From positions 1,736,001-1,800,000 of the forward strand of contig OZ251227.1 of the NCBI GenBank assembly GCA_965240325.2: a DNA stretch of 64,000 bases, in the 5' to 3' direction. The notes under the pieces are model-generated. The model worked only from the letters and a program-made list of their open reading frames with translations. It made no database searches and was not told where the DNA came from. Positions 43,953-54,600 of the stretch are shown one piece after another. The translations under genes were made by a program, and so were the position numbers. The stretch is from Rebecca billardiae RCC1528. Its lineage: Eukaryota; Protista; Haptophyta. How positions within the stretch are numbered: the stretch's first letter is position 1; each line of letters starts with the position of its first letter.

Positions 43953-46900
43953 ATGGCCGTCGCGGCCTTCCACCTCCGCATCGTCGAGCAGCTGTACGAG
44001 CAGAAGGACAGGGACAGCCTCGTCGTGCTCGCAAAGGGGCTGGGCGTGCAGACAGTGATCTGTGCGTGCGTGCGGCGCCATTGCTCTCCGGAGCACCTGG
44101 TCCTCCTGCTCAACAGCCCGCCGCGTGACGAGCAGTATGTCGTCGAGCAGATGCTGGCCGACGGTGTGCGGCTGCTGCCCACTGTCGTGACGAACGACTT
44201 CACACCCGCCGAGCGTACCGTGCTCTACGAGCGTGGTGGTGTGCTCTGCATCACGCCCCGCCTGCTCGTCGTGGACATGCTCGACGGCCGCGTGCCCATC
44301 GAGCGCGTGAGCGGCGTCCTGCTCGACCGAGCGCACGAGGTGAGCGACACCTCCAACCTCGCCTTCATCGCACGGCTGTACCGGCAGAAGAACCGCACGG
44401 GCTTCCTCAAGGCGTTCACGGAGGACGTGCTCATGCTCGTGCGCGGCATCGGCCGCTGCGAGAAGGTGCTCAAGCTGCTCCACCTCCGCCGGCTCTCGCT
44501 GTGGCCGCGCTTCCAGGGCGAGGTGAAGGCCGAGCTCGACGACGAGACGCACGCGCTCGCGGTGATGGAGTACAAGCTGCCGCTCTCGCGGCGGGCGCAG
44601 ACGGTGCAGAACGCGCTCGTCGAGTGCATCGACGGCTGCCTCACCGAGCTGCGCCGCATGCACAAGTCCCTCGACCTGCCGAGCGTGCTCGGCTGCCGCG
44701 AGGGCGGCGCGGACGCGAGCGGCGAGCTGATCGAGCACGCGCTCTTCAAGTCGTTCGACACGATCGTGCGCATGCAGCTCGACGCGGTGTGGCACCAGAG
44801 CGGGCGGAAGACGAAGCAGCTCGTCTCCGACCTCTCCTCGCTGCGCAAGCTGCTGCGCCTCCTCTGCTCGTACGACTGCGTGATGCACTACGAGCTGATG
44901 CTCGCGCTCACCGCGTCCGACCTGCCGCGCACGTCCGCGCAGTTCAAGCCGCTCTTCCTGCTGATGGACGCGTCGGCGCTCGCGCTCTCCGCGGCGCGCG
45001 AGCGCGTGTACCAGTACCACGAGGACGAGCTGGCCGCGCCACCGCCGCCGCCGCCTGCCGGTGCCGCCGCCAAGCCGGCCACGGCAGGCGCGGGCGGGGC
45101 GCGCGGGCGCGGCGGGCCGCGCGGCGGCGCGCGCGGCGGCGGCGCGCGCGGCGGTGGCCGCAAGGCGCGCGGCGGCGCAGCGGCCTCGGCGCAGCCCATC
45201 GACGTGGACGCCGAGGCGCAGGCCCCATCGGCCGCCGCGCCTCGTAGCGGCGCCTCAGTCACGCCCGTCCTCGAGCCGAACCCCAAGTGGGGCGTGCTGC
45301 GCGACATCCTGCGCGAAATCGACGAGCAGCTCGACGCAGAGGCGCGCGCGGCACGCGGCGCCGCTCGCGCCGCGGCGGGCGCGGAGCCCGACTCGGATGC
45401 GCGCGCGCGCGCGTGCGTGCTCGTGATCGCGCGGGAGCCGACGACGGTCTCGCAGCTCGCCCTCGTGCTTCGGGACGGCGAGCGCAGCCACCTGCGCCGG
45501 CGCTTCGTCGTGCACGCCACCTCGCGCTACGAGCGCGCCGGCGCGCGCGGCGCCGGCCTGCAGTCTCGACGCGCGCGCGAGACCGAGGCGCTGCTGCGCG
45601 CCTCGCACGGCTGGCGCGCCGAGCTGGCGGCCGAGGACGAGGCGACGTGGCGCGAGGCTCGGGAGGAGATCACGCGCGCGGCGCAGGTGAGTGCGAGCGT
45701 CGCCGCGGCGGCCGACGCCGATGGGCCCGAGATGCCCCAGCAGCCGCGGCGCACGTCCGAGCCCAGTGGCGGCGGGAGCGGCGGCGGCACCTCGCAGCCC
45801 TCGCGCAAGCGCCGCAAGGGCGCGCCCGCGGCCGTCGTCGCGACAGCGAGCGGCGGGCCGGCCGTCGCGGGCGGCGCGGGCGGGGTCGGCCTCGCCGCCG
45901 CGTCGGGCGCGGGCGCGGGCGCGGGCGCGGACAAGGGCGCGGGCACACGCGCCGTGCAGCTCGGCGCGCTGATCGGCGACCGCGCGGGCGCAGGCGCCGG
46001 CGCAGGCGCTGGCGCAGGCGACGCGGCCGCGCCGCGCGCGCACGCGGTGCTGTGCACGCTGGCGGATGCGAGGCTGCTGCTGTGCGAGTGCTCCCCGCTG
46101 CACGTCGTGCTGTACGAGCCCGAGCTGGCGACGGTGCGCGAGCTGGAGGTGTACGCCGCGTGGCGCGCGCTGCGGTGGGAGGAGGAGCGGCCCCGCCCCG
46201 CGCCGGACTCGGAGGGCGAGGCGTGCGCGGCCGAGCGCGCGCCCCCGCGCATGCACGTGCACATGTGCCTGTTCGAGCGCTCAGTCGAGGAGCAGCGCTT
46301 CCGCACCGCGCTGCACTCCGAGCGCGAGGCGTTCCACAAGCTGATCGAGGAGCGCGCGCGGATGGCGCAGTGGGCGGTGGACGACCTCTTCGAGGACGAG
46401 GCGAGCACGGCCGCCGCCGCCGCGATCTACGCCGGCGGCGCCGCGGGCTCGCGCGCGCGCGGCGCGGCGGAGGGCGTGCGGCCGCGCGTGGTCGTGGACG
46501 TGCGCGAGTTCCGCTCCGCGCTGCCGATCCAGCTGCACCGCGCGCGCATCGAGCTCGAGGTTGTGACGCTGGAGGTGGGCGACTACGTACTCACGCCCGA
46601 CGTGTGCGTCGAGCGCAAGTCCCTGAGCGACCTCACCGAGTCCTTCAAGTCCGGCCGGCTGCACCACCAGGTGGAGACGCTGTGCCGACACTACCGGGTG
46701 CCCGCGCTGCTCATCGAGCTGGACGACTCGCGCCCGTTCCTGCTGCAGCACCCGTCCGAGCTGCAGGGCGACATCTCGCCGTCCGCGCTCAGCTCGAAGC
46801 TGGCGCTGCTGCTGCTGCACTTCCCGCAGCTCCGGCTGATCTGGTCGCACGGCACGCGCTCCACCGTCGCGCACTTCGTCGCGCTCAAGGAGCAGCGCGA

Positions 46901-47168
46901 CCAGCCGAGCAAGGAGCAGGCGTGCCGCGCGGGCCAGGCGACCGAGGCGGCCGACGGCTCGGCCGACGGCAGCGGCTCGCTCGTCGCGCGCGACATGCTG
47001 TTGTGCATGCCGGGCGTGAACCAGCACAACGTGCACAAGCTCATGCGCGCGGCGAAGAGCCTCCGTGGCCTCGCGCTAATGAGCGAGCATGAGCTCAGGG
47101 CGGCCATCGGCGGGCCATGCGCGAAGCAGCTGTGCGCGTTCCTCGACGCGTCGCCGACAGACGAGTGA
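43953..47168 (+). CDS. ERCC4: DNA repair endonuclease XPF
   Basis: N-terminal helicase-like region (ITPRLLVVDML, FLKAFT, LWPRF, EPNPKW); nuclease VVDVREFRS...VGDYVL...VERKSLSDL; C-terminal HhH (MPGVNQHN). Confidence 0.96.
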   Translation: MAVAAFHLRIVEQLYEQKDRDSLVVLAKGLGVQTVICACVRRHCSPEHLVLLLNSPPRDEQYVVEQMLADGVRLLPTVVTNDFTPAERTVLYERGGVLCITPRLLVVDMLDGRVPIERVSGVLLDRAHEVSDTSNLAFIARLYRQKNRTGFLKAFTEDVLMLVRGIGRCEKVLKLLHLRRLSLWPRFQGEVKAELDDETHALAVMEYKLPLSRRAQTVQNALVECIDGCLTELRRMHKSLDLPSVLGCREGGADASGELIEHALFKSFDTIVRMQLDAVWHQSGRKTKQLVSDLSSLRKLLRLLCSYDCVMHYELMLALTASDLPRTSAQFKPLFLLMDASALALSAARERVYQYHEDELAAPPPPPPAGAAAKPATAGAGGARGRGGPRGGARGGGARGGGRKARGGAAASAQPIDVDAEAQAPSAAAPRSGASVTPVLEPNPKWGVLRDILREIDEQLDAEARAARGAARAAAGAEPDSDARARACVLVIAREPTTVSQLALVLRDGERSHLRRRFVVHATSRYERAGARGAGLQSRRARETEALLRASHGWRAELAAEDEATWREAREEITRAAQVSASVAAAADADGPEMPQQPRRTSEPSGGGSGGGTSQPSRKRRKGAPAAVVATASGGPAVAGGAGGVGLAAASGAGAGAGADKGAGTRAVQLGALIGDRAGAGAGAGAGAGDAAAPRAHAVLCTLADARLLLCECSPLHVVLYEPELATVRELEVYAAWRALRWEEERPRPAPDSEGEACAAERAPPRMHVHMCLFERSVEEQRFRTALHSEREAFHKLIEERARMAQWAVDDLFEDEASTAAAAAIYAGGAAGSRARGAAEGVRPRVVVDVREFRSALPIQLHRARIELEVVTLEVGDYVLTPDVCVERKSLSDLTESFKSGRLHHQVETLCRHYRVPALLIELDDSRPFLLQHPSELQGDISPSALSSKLALLLLHFPQLRLIWSHGTRSTVAHFVALKEQRDQPSKEQACRAGQATEAADGSADGSGSLVARDMLLCMPGVNQHNVHKLMRAAKSLRGLALMSEHELRAAIGGPCAKQLCAFLDASPTDE

Positions 47169-47280
47169 GATCGCTATCAGCAGTATCACGTACACCGCCA
47201 TCGCCTACGCCAGTTTCATCATCATCAGACACCAAGATTGAAATGGTGGTATACAGTACGCATCGTCACACAGAAGCTGA

Positions 47281-47500
47281 CTGTAATCTCGCCCTGCCTG
47301 AGCTGTGTGCGTCTCTTATTCTTAGTAAACTGTACAGTAGCTCAGGCATCCTGCAGTCAACCTCGCCGTCGGGGCTGATTGCACATGACGCCTTCTGTCA
47401 CTACAAGTACCGCCTGGCAAGCTGAAAGCTTCGGTCACTCGAAGGCTACACTGTCTCGCCTGCCTGAGCTGTGTGCGTCTCTTATTCTTAGTAAACTGTA
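47281..47500 (-). repeat. Two tandem-oriented copies of repeat end 'type B'
   Basis: CTGCCTGAGCTGTGTGCGTCTCTTATTCTTAGTAAACTGTA ends at 47334 and at 47500. Confidence 0.85.
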
Positions 47501-47503
47501 GTA

Positions 47504-48108
47504 TGGAGCGTTCGTTGGAACTTGACGCCGGTTTGGCGCCCGCGCGGCGAGGGCGACGACGGGCGTACACGGGGCCCGCGGCGGCGGGAAGCGCGCGGGC
47601 GCGGCCGAGAACGGCACGGTCCGGACGCCTCTCGCCAGCCGCGGACGCGCACCGCGCCTCCTCCTCGCACGCTGCTAACTTGATCCGGGTTAAACGGTGG
47701 TTTTGCTGCCGACCAGCTCAAGTTCCACGGCTGGTCAAGGTTCGGCTTGCGACCTCGCCGCTGGTGCTAGCAAGAAGGTACACGAGCTGGTCGAACTCCC
47801 ACGCACCCGCTCTGCGCTCGTCGACGCCCTCTGAAGGTGACTTGGGGTGCATGCGGGGCAGTGGAATGCAGTGGTTCGGCGTTGCCTCTCAGTCGTCCAG
47901 CGCGCAGGCCATGTGGCGCGGGTGTGGTGCGCGCATGGCCCGGTAATTCGGTCGCGGCATGTCTGTCTGGGCTGCCCAAGGCCTGCCGCACCGCGAAGCG
48001 AGCGCTCAGGAGCGTGTGCCGACCGTGCCAGCCCCGCCGAGATGGGGCACTTCGCTGGGAAATGCGGTGTCAAGTTCCAAGCCCCGCCAAGTTCCAACGA
48101 GCGCTCCA
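47504..48108. mobile_element. MITE, ~21-bp TIRs, TA-flanked
   Basis: TA|TGGAGCGTTCGTTGGAACTTG ... CAAGTTCCAACGAGCGCTCCA|TA; extra internal CAAGTTCCA copies near 47719 and 48071. Confidence 0.8.
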
Positions 48109-48310
48109 TACGTGTCAAAGCGGAGGAAGGGCGCTGATTTGAGATTCCAGGATGCAACGGCCCGGACTGAGAAGATGACGAAACCAAGCGGTCGTCGTCG
48201 TCGCCCGGACCAAGTCGGGCAAACTCGCAAAGGCGCGTGTTGAACACGCATCAGTCCTCGATCAGGAAGTCGGCCGGGCGCGGAGGGACTTGCGCCCGCC
48301 GCCGCTTGCC

Positions 48311-50611
48311 ATGCGTGCCTACGCGCACTCGGTACTCAACTCCGCCAAGTTCAGTGCGGCCGCGGACTCCCTGCACGCGCAGACCGATCCCAATTCGCAT
48401 CCTGCCCTCCACGAGCGCGTTGAGCAGCTCCGGAGCGGGCAGGAGCGCGCGCGGCTCTTGCACATCCGAAAGGTGCTGGCCAAGCTGCCGAGCAAGGAGG
48501 CGTCGTTGTCCGACGCACTCATGCACGAGCTGCTATCGCTTCACGAAGTGATCCTGCTGCTCGTCGTCGACCCGTCTCCTCAGAGCGGCGTCGCCGTGAA
48601 GCTCGCTGCGGCCGATGTCGCCAAGTTTGTGCGCGTGCTGCTGCACTGCGTCGCCCGGCTCGAGCGCAAGCAGCAGCTGCAGGGCAGCTTCGCGCTTTCG
48701 TGGGCGAGTAAGGCCTCGTGGCACGTGATGCTGCTCTCGCACCTCGTCGAGATCTACCGCGACGCCCAGCACGTCCAGGCTGCGCGCGAGGCTGTACTCG
48801 CCGATTCGGCAGCGCTGGACACGCTGGCCGCCGTGATCGCAGGGGCGTCTGACGTGCCCGAGGCGGATCACGACAATGTGTACATCGCGGTGACGCTTGC
48901 CACTGACTTCGTGAAATGGCTGCTCGAAGGGCAGCCCAAAGCGGCCGAGATCTCGCGGCGGTGCGCGGAGCACGTGCACCTGCTGAGCGCGCTTGGCGGC
49001 GTGCTCGTCCAGAGTGCGCTGCACAGCTGGGCGCCGACGACGTGGGTGGTGGCCGCCCGGCTCGCGGCCCTCGACGTGCTTGGCACGCTGGCACAATGCT
49101 TGCCTGGCTCCAACCGGGTCGAGAGGGTCTCAATGCACGCGCTCGAGTGCTTCGTGTCCGCCAGAGTCCCGCATACGCTCGCGCTGTGCGCGCGCTCGTA
49201 CCGCGAGCCCCTGCTGGTGCACCCGGATTCGGCGGAGGCGGGATCGCCCTTCCCGTGGCTGGAGGCGGGCATCCCGCCGGCGAAGGTGCGCAACCCGCTG
49301 CGTGGCCTCGAAGGGAACGAGCTCGAGGCGCAACGTGTGATGGAGATCCTGACACTTGCCGACCTCACCACTACGTTCCTCACAGCGCTGCAGAGAGCCG
49401 ACGATTGGCACACGCCGATTGCGCCGCATGTGCACGCGGCATGGCACGAGTTGCTGCAGCCCAAGCACGTGCGGCACTTCCTACCCGTCGTCGGGCGGCT
49501 GATCACGCCGCCGCCCGGGCTGGATGACACTGCCAACATGCGCTCCTCGGGCTTGCGCCTCCTGGGCGCGCTTCTGTTTGCCCTCGATCGCAACATCAGC
49601 GTGGTCGGCCAGCTGTGGCCGACGTTGGACGGTGCGCAGGGGGCGCCCTCTGAGAATGACGAGGACGGCTTCTACTTCCCGCGTGACGAGGGCTTTACGG
49701 AGGACCTTCCGCGGCAAGCGCGCAATGCCTTGCACCTCCAGTTCGAGAAATCGATGTGGCTACTCGTCGACTGCAGCGGCGAGCCGCTCGTGCGCAGGCT
49801 GAAGCAGTGCCTACGCAATCGGGCGGTGCGGGCGCGAGTGCCCGGCGCTGGGACTTTCATCGACACGCAGCTGCAGCGGCTCATCGATTGCTGCCATATG
49901 GTGACTCGCGATATGGGCAGGGGCGTGGACGGGTCCATCCTCCACGTCCGCGTCGTGCGCGAGCTCGCGGCCAAGCCCGCTTGGAAAATGGGCGCAGACG
50001 CCCGGGAGTGGATGGAGGAGGACGAGTACGACAAGCTCCGGCCAGGCGATGCCAGCTCGCTCGGCCACGCGGCAACGCTCTGCTCGGCACCTGACTGCCT
50101 GCGTGCGGCGCCGAGCTCGGGCGAGCCGACGAGTGAGCAGCAGGGGGATGCTGCGGGCAGCGGCAGCGCGCTCGAGTCGCACGTGCCCCTGCGGCTGTGC
50201 GGGCGCTGCAGGCGCGCCGCATACTGCTCGCGCGAGTGCCAAGAGCGGCACTGGAAGGCGCACAAGCCGGCATGCAAGCAGCACGTGCGCGAGGCGGCGC
50301 AGCAGGAAGCCAGTGGAGCTGGCGGCGCCGGCGCGCCCGCGCATACGTTGGATGCGACCCTGTACCGCATGCGGATGGCTGACGCGGACAGCCGCTTTCG
50401 TGAGCTTGATGGTGCCCCGGCTGTGTGCCGGCACATGCTGACGGCCCTCATGCCCATGATGCAGGTGGATCTGTTGGAGAAAGAGGGGCTCTCGGAGGCG
50501 GCCGCCATACGACGGGTCTTCGCCATGTTCCGCGAGCTCGCTGCCAGGCAGCGCGCAGCCCAGCTCGTCCCGACCGGTTGCAGTAGTATCATCGCGTCAG
50601 TGTCGGAATGA
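48311..50611 (+). CDS. MYND zinc-finger protein with a helical N-terminal region
   Basis: CSAPDC...LCGRCRRAAYCSRECQERHWKAHKPAC. Confidence 0.9.
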   Translation: MRAYAHSVLNSAKFSAAADSLHAQTDPNSHPALHERVEQLRSGQERARLLHIRKVLAKLPSKEASLSDALMHELLSLHEVILLLVVDPSPQSGVAVKLAAADVAKFVRVLLHCVARLERKQQLQGSFALSWASKASWHVMLLSHLVEIYRDAQHVQAAREAVLADSAALDTLAAVIAGASDVPEADHDNVYIAVTLATDFVKWLLEGQPKAAEISRRCAEHVHLLSALGGVLVQSALHSWAPTTWVVAARLAALDVLGTLAQCLPGSNRVERVSMHALECFVSARVPHTLALCARSYREPLLVHPDSAEAGSPFPWLEAGIPPAKVRNPLRGLEGNELEAQRVMEILTLADLTTTFLTALQRADDWHTPIAPHVHAAWHELLQPKHVRHFLPVVGRLITPPPGLDDTANMRSSGLRLLGALLFALDRNISVVGQLWPTLDGAQGAPSENDEDGFYFPRDEGFTEDLPRQARNALHLQFEKSMWLLVDCSGEPLVRRLKQCLRNRAVRARVPGAGTFIDTQLQRLIDCCHMVTRDMGRGVDGSILHVRVVRELAAKPAWKMGADAREWMEEDEYDKLRPGDASSLGHAATLCSAPDCLRAAPSSGEPTSEQQGDAAGSGSALESHVPLRLCGRCRRAAYCSRECQERHWKAHKPACKQHVREAAQQEASGAGGAGAPAHTLDATLYRMRMADADSRFRELDGAPAVCRHMLTALMPMMQVDLLEKEGLSEAAAIRRVFAMFRELAARQRAAQLVPTGCSSIIASVSE

Positions 50612-51660
50612 ATCAGCAGCGCATATCATTCATCATATATCATCATCTGACGAATCATCATCGATCATCGCGCTCATAGTTTAAGTAGTTACAGGGTCCC
50701 CATCAATCAACAATAATTTAGTGATTCGGACATGCTACTGCTGATTTTTACTGACTACGGCTGCTGCTGACGATGTGAGATGGGCCAGCGGCTGGCACAG
50801 TAGCGCCATAGGCCTTATATATATATTACAGTACTCCTCGGATGACGACAGGAACTGAGGAAGTGGTAGTATATATATAGTGGCAGCGAGCGGCCCGGAG
50901 CGGCGCGGCTAGCTGCATGTAGCTAGGGCTGGCGGCTTGCGGAGTACAGCAGCTCAACCCGACAACCGACTAGCGGTTGCCGGTTAGCTCTGACTAGTCT
51001 GCGTCTGAACATGAGGTCCACGGCCAGCCCCCGCCGTGATATTATTATTAATGGCGCACGCCCCCCCCCCCGAAAGGTCTGAGCGTGAGCGAAAGCCGGG
51101 GGGGGGGCGGCGCACGTGCTCCGCAAAATCAAAAAGAGGATGCGCGCAGGATTTTGGGGATTTTTCGGTAGGTGGCCACCGCGTATGAGTGGATATCGCT
51201 GCCGCAATGATTGCGTTTGTAGTAGATGCTAATTTTAACGATAGTAACACTTAGGGGAATGCAGGGTGGAATAGCACATAACACCAGCCGTGTGTTAGAA
51301 CATTCCGTCATAGTAATAAGATGCCTGAATTGTAAGAGCCTGAAACAGCTCGCCAACCATAGAAACGATAGGTTGGGTCGTCAGCTTTGATTCACGCGCT
51401 TCTGAAAAACAGCGTTTTAGATTAGACGCATCCCTCTTCTCTGAAGAGAACTGCGCGCTAGAATAGTGTGGTGAGTGTGTCCTGGACAGCCTGCTGAGCG
51501 GAAAGGTCAATAATCACGGTTGTGATTCAAGATTCCTCACCCCGTATTGCCAACTGATTCAAAGCCAATGCGGGTATGAATCGACGCGTTTGTGCTCTAT
51601 CTGCGATCAATAAGAGCTCTCTGATTCAAATGGGTGTACGCTGTCCTGGACAGACTCTGA

Positions 51661-54600
51661 TCAATGATCATGAGAGCTGTGTGCGTCTCTTATTCTTGTT
51701 ATCCATAAGCACCACGCGCTCAGCTGGTTGCCGCTGTGTGCACAGCGGGGCACGCCGAGGGAAGGGGAAGCGCCGAGAGGCGAGCGCGGTAGTCGCGCGG
51801 GGTGGAGTGGGCAGTTTCAGCCCACGCCGCTGCGCACCGCTCACCGCCCACCGCACTGCACCGCACCGCCACACTGCGCACGCGCCGCCGCACCGGCCGT
51901 GCGCGCCGCGCGCCGTGCCCGTGGGGCGGCGCGCGCGGCGCGGCGCGGCGCGCGGCGGCCGCTGCCGCAGCCTCGCGCCACGGCGCTGCTGCGGCGCCGT
52001 GCGCGGGTGCTCGCACGAGCGCGCGATGCGCACGGCGCGCGAGCCCTCCCCACCCCCCTTCCGCCCGCGCCGCGCGCCAACCCCCTCGCCACGCCGTGCA
52101 TGCGCGTACCTCAGCCTGAGCTCCCGCAGCCTGCAGGTGCGGAGCGCCTCTGCCAGCGCTGTGCCGGAGACGTCCGTCAGCTGGTTGTGGCTGTGTGCAC
52201 AGCGGGGCACGCCGAGGGGAGGGGAAGCGCGGAGAGGCGAGCGAGGCGGTCGCGCGGGGTGGGTTGGGCAGTATCAGCCCACGCCGCTGCGCACCGCGCG
52301 CCGCCCACCGCACCGCACCGCCACGCTGCGCACGCGCCGCCGCAACGGCCGCGCGCGCCGCCCGCCGTGGGGCGGCGCGCGCGCCGCGGCGCGCGGCCGC
52401 GCGCGCCGGGCGCGGCCGTAGCTTCATGCGACGGCGCTGCTGCGGCGCGGCGTGCGGGTGCCCACCCTGCACACGGCGCGCGACCCCCTCCCTCCCACTC
52501 CAACGCACGCGCCGCCCGCCGCCCCCCTCGCCACGCCGTGCATGCGCGTACCTCAGGTCGAGCTGCTCCAGATGGTTCGTCAGGTAGAGCTCCTTTGCCA
52601 GCGCTGTGCCGGAGACGTCCGTCAGCTGGTTGTGGCTGTGTGCACAGCGGGGCACGCCGAGGGGAGGGGAAGCGCGGAGAGGCGAGCGAGGCGGTCGCGC
52701 GGGGTGGGTTGGGCAGTATCAGCCCACGCCGCTGCGCACCGCGCGCCGCCCACCGCACCGCACCGCCACGCTGCGCACGCGCCGCCGCAACGGCCGCGCG
52801 CGCCGCCCGCCGTGGGGCGGCGCGCGCGCCGCGGCGCGCGGCCGCGCGCGCCGGGCGCGGCCGTAGCTTCATGCGACGGCGCTGCTGCGGCGCGGCGTGC
52901 GGGTGCCCACCCTGCACACGGCGCGCGACCCCCTCCCTCCCACTCCAACGCACGCGCCGCCCGCCGCCCCCCTCGCCACGCCGTGCGTGCGCGTACCTCA
53001 GCCTGAGCTCCCGCAGCCTGCAGGTGCGGAGCGCCTCTGCCAGCGCTGTGCTGGAGACGTCCGTCAGCTGGTTGTGGCTGTGTGCACAGCGGGGCACGCC
53101 GAGGGGAGGGGAAGCGCGGAGAGGCGAGCGAGGCGGTCGCGCGGGGTGGGTTGGGCAGTATCAGCCCACGCCGCTGCGCACCGCGCGCCGCCCACCGCAC
53201 CGCACCGCCACGCTGCGCACGCGCCGCCGCAACGGCCGCGCACGCCGCCCGCCGTGGGGCGGCGCGCGCGCCGCGGCGCGCGGCCGCGCGCGCCGGGCGC
53301 GGCCGCAGCTTCATGCGACGGCGCTGCTGCGGCGCGGCGTGCGGGTGCCCACCCTGCACACGGCGCGCGACCCCCTCCCTCCCACTCCAACGCACGCGCC
53401 GCCCGCCGCCCCCCTCGCCACGCCGTGCATGCGCGTACCTCAGGTCGAGCTGCTTCAGATGGTTCGTCAGGTAGAGCGCCTTTGCCAGCGCTGTGCCGGA
53501 GACGTCCGTCAGCTGGTTGTGGCTGTGTGCACAGCGGAGGCACGCCGAGGGGAGGGGAAGCGCGGAGAGGCGAGCGCGAGGATCGCACGGGGTGGGGTCG
53601 ACGGTGTCAGCCCACGCCGCACCGCACCGCACCGCACTGCACCGCACCGCCACGCTGCATACGCACCGCCACACCGGCCGCGCGCGCCGCGCGCCGCGGT
53701 GCGCGCGTGGCACGGCCGCAGCTTCGTGCGACGGCGCTGCTGTGACGCGGCGGGCAGGTGCCCACCCTGCACACGGCGCACGACCCGTCCTTTTTCCCTC
53801 CGCCTCACGCGCCTCGCGCCGCCCGCCCCCCTCGCCGCGCCATGCGTGCGCGTACCTCAGCCTGAGCTCCCACAGCCTGCAGGTGCGGAGCGCCTCTGCC
53901 AGCGCTGTGCCGGAGACGTCCGTCAGCTTGCTGGAGCTGTGTGCACAGCGAAGGCACGCCGAGGGGAGGGGAAGCGCGGAGAGGCGAGCGAGGCGGTCGC
54001 GCGGGGTGGGTTGGGCAGTGTCAGCCCACGCCGCTGCGCACCTCGCGCCGCCCACCGCACCGCACCGCCACGCTGCGCACGCGCCGCCGCAACGGCCGCG
54101 CGCGCCGCCCGCCGTGGGGCGGCGCGCGCGCCGCGGCGCGCGCGCCGGGCGCGGCCGCAGCTTAATGCGACGGCGCTGCTGCGGCGCGGCGTGCGGGTGC
54201 CCACCCTGCACACGGCGCGCGACCCCCTCCCTCCCACTCCAACGCACGCGCCGCCCGCCGCCCCCCTCGCCACGCCGTGCATGCGCGTACCTCAGGCTGA
54301 GCCTCCGCAGCGAGGTGTTGGTGCGGAGCACCTCCGCCAGCGCTGTGCCGGAGACGTCCGTCAGCTGGTTGTGGCTGTGTGCACAGCGGAGGCACGCCAA
54401 GGGAAGGGGAAGCGCGGAGAGGCGAGCACAGAGGTCGCGCGGGGTGGGGGCGGTGGTGTCAGCCCACGCCGCACCGCACCACGCGCCACGCCGCGCACCG
54501 CACCGCACCGCTGCGCAGGCGCCGCCACACGCCGAGGGGCGGCGCGCGCGCCGCGCGGCGAGGGCGCCGGCCGCGGCCGCAGCCTCGCGCCACGGCGCAG

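Noticed and set aside
42828-45020. 730-aa minus-strand ORF as a single protein
   Set aside because: Only the 3' part is UCH exon 2; the rest is antisense to XPF plus intron.
50980-51660. AT-rich segment with a C-run/G-run hairpin near 51060-51110; possible TE, viral or organellar insert
   Set aside because: No interpretable ORF, termini or second copy in the window.
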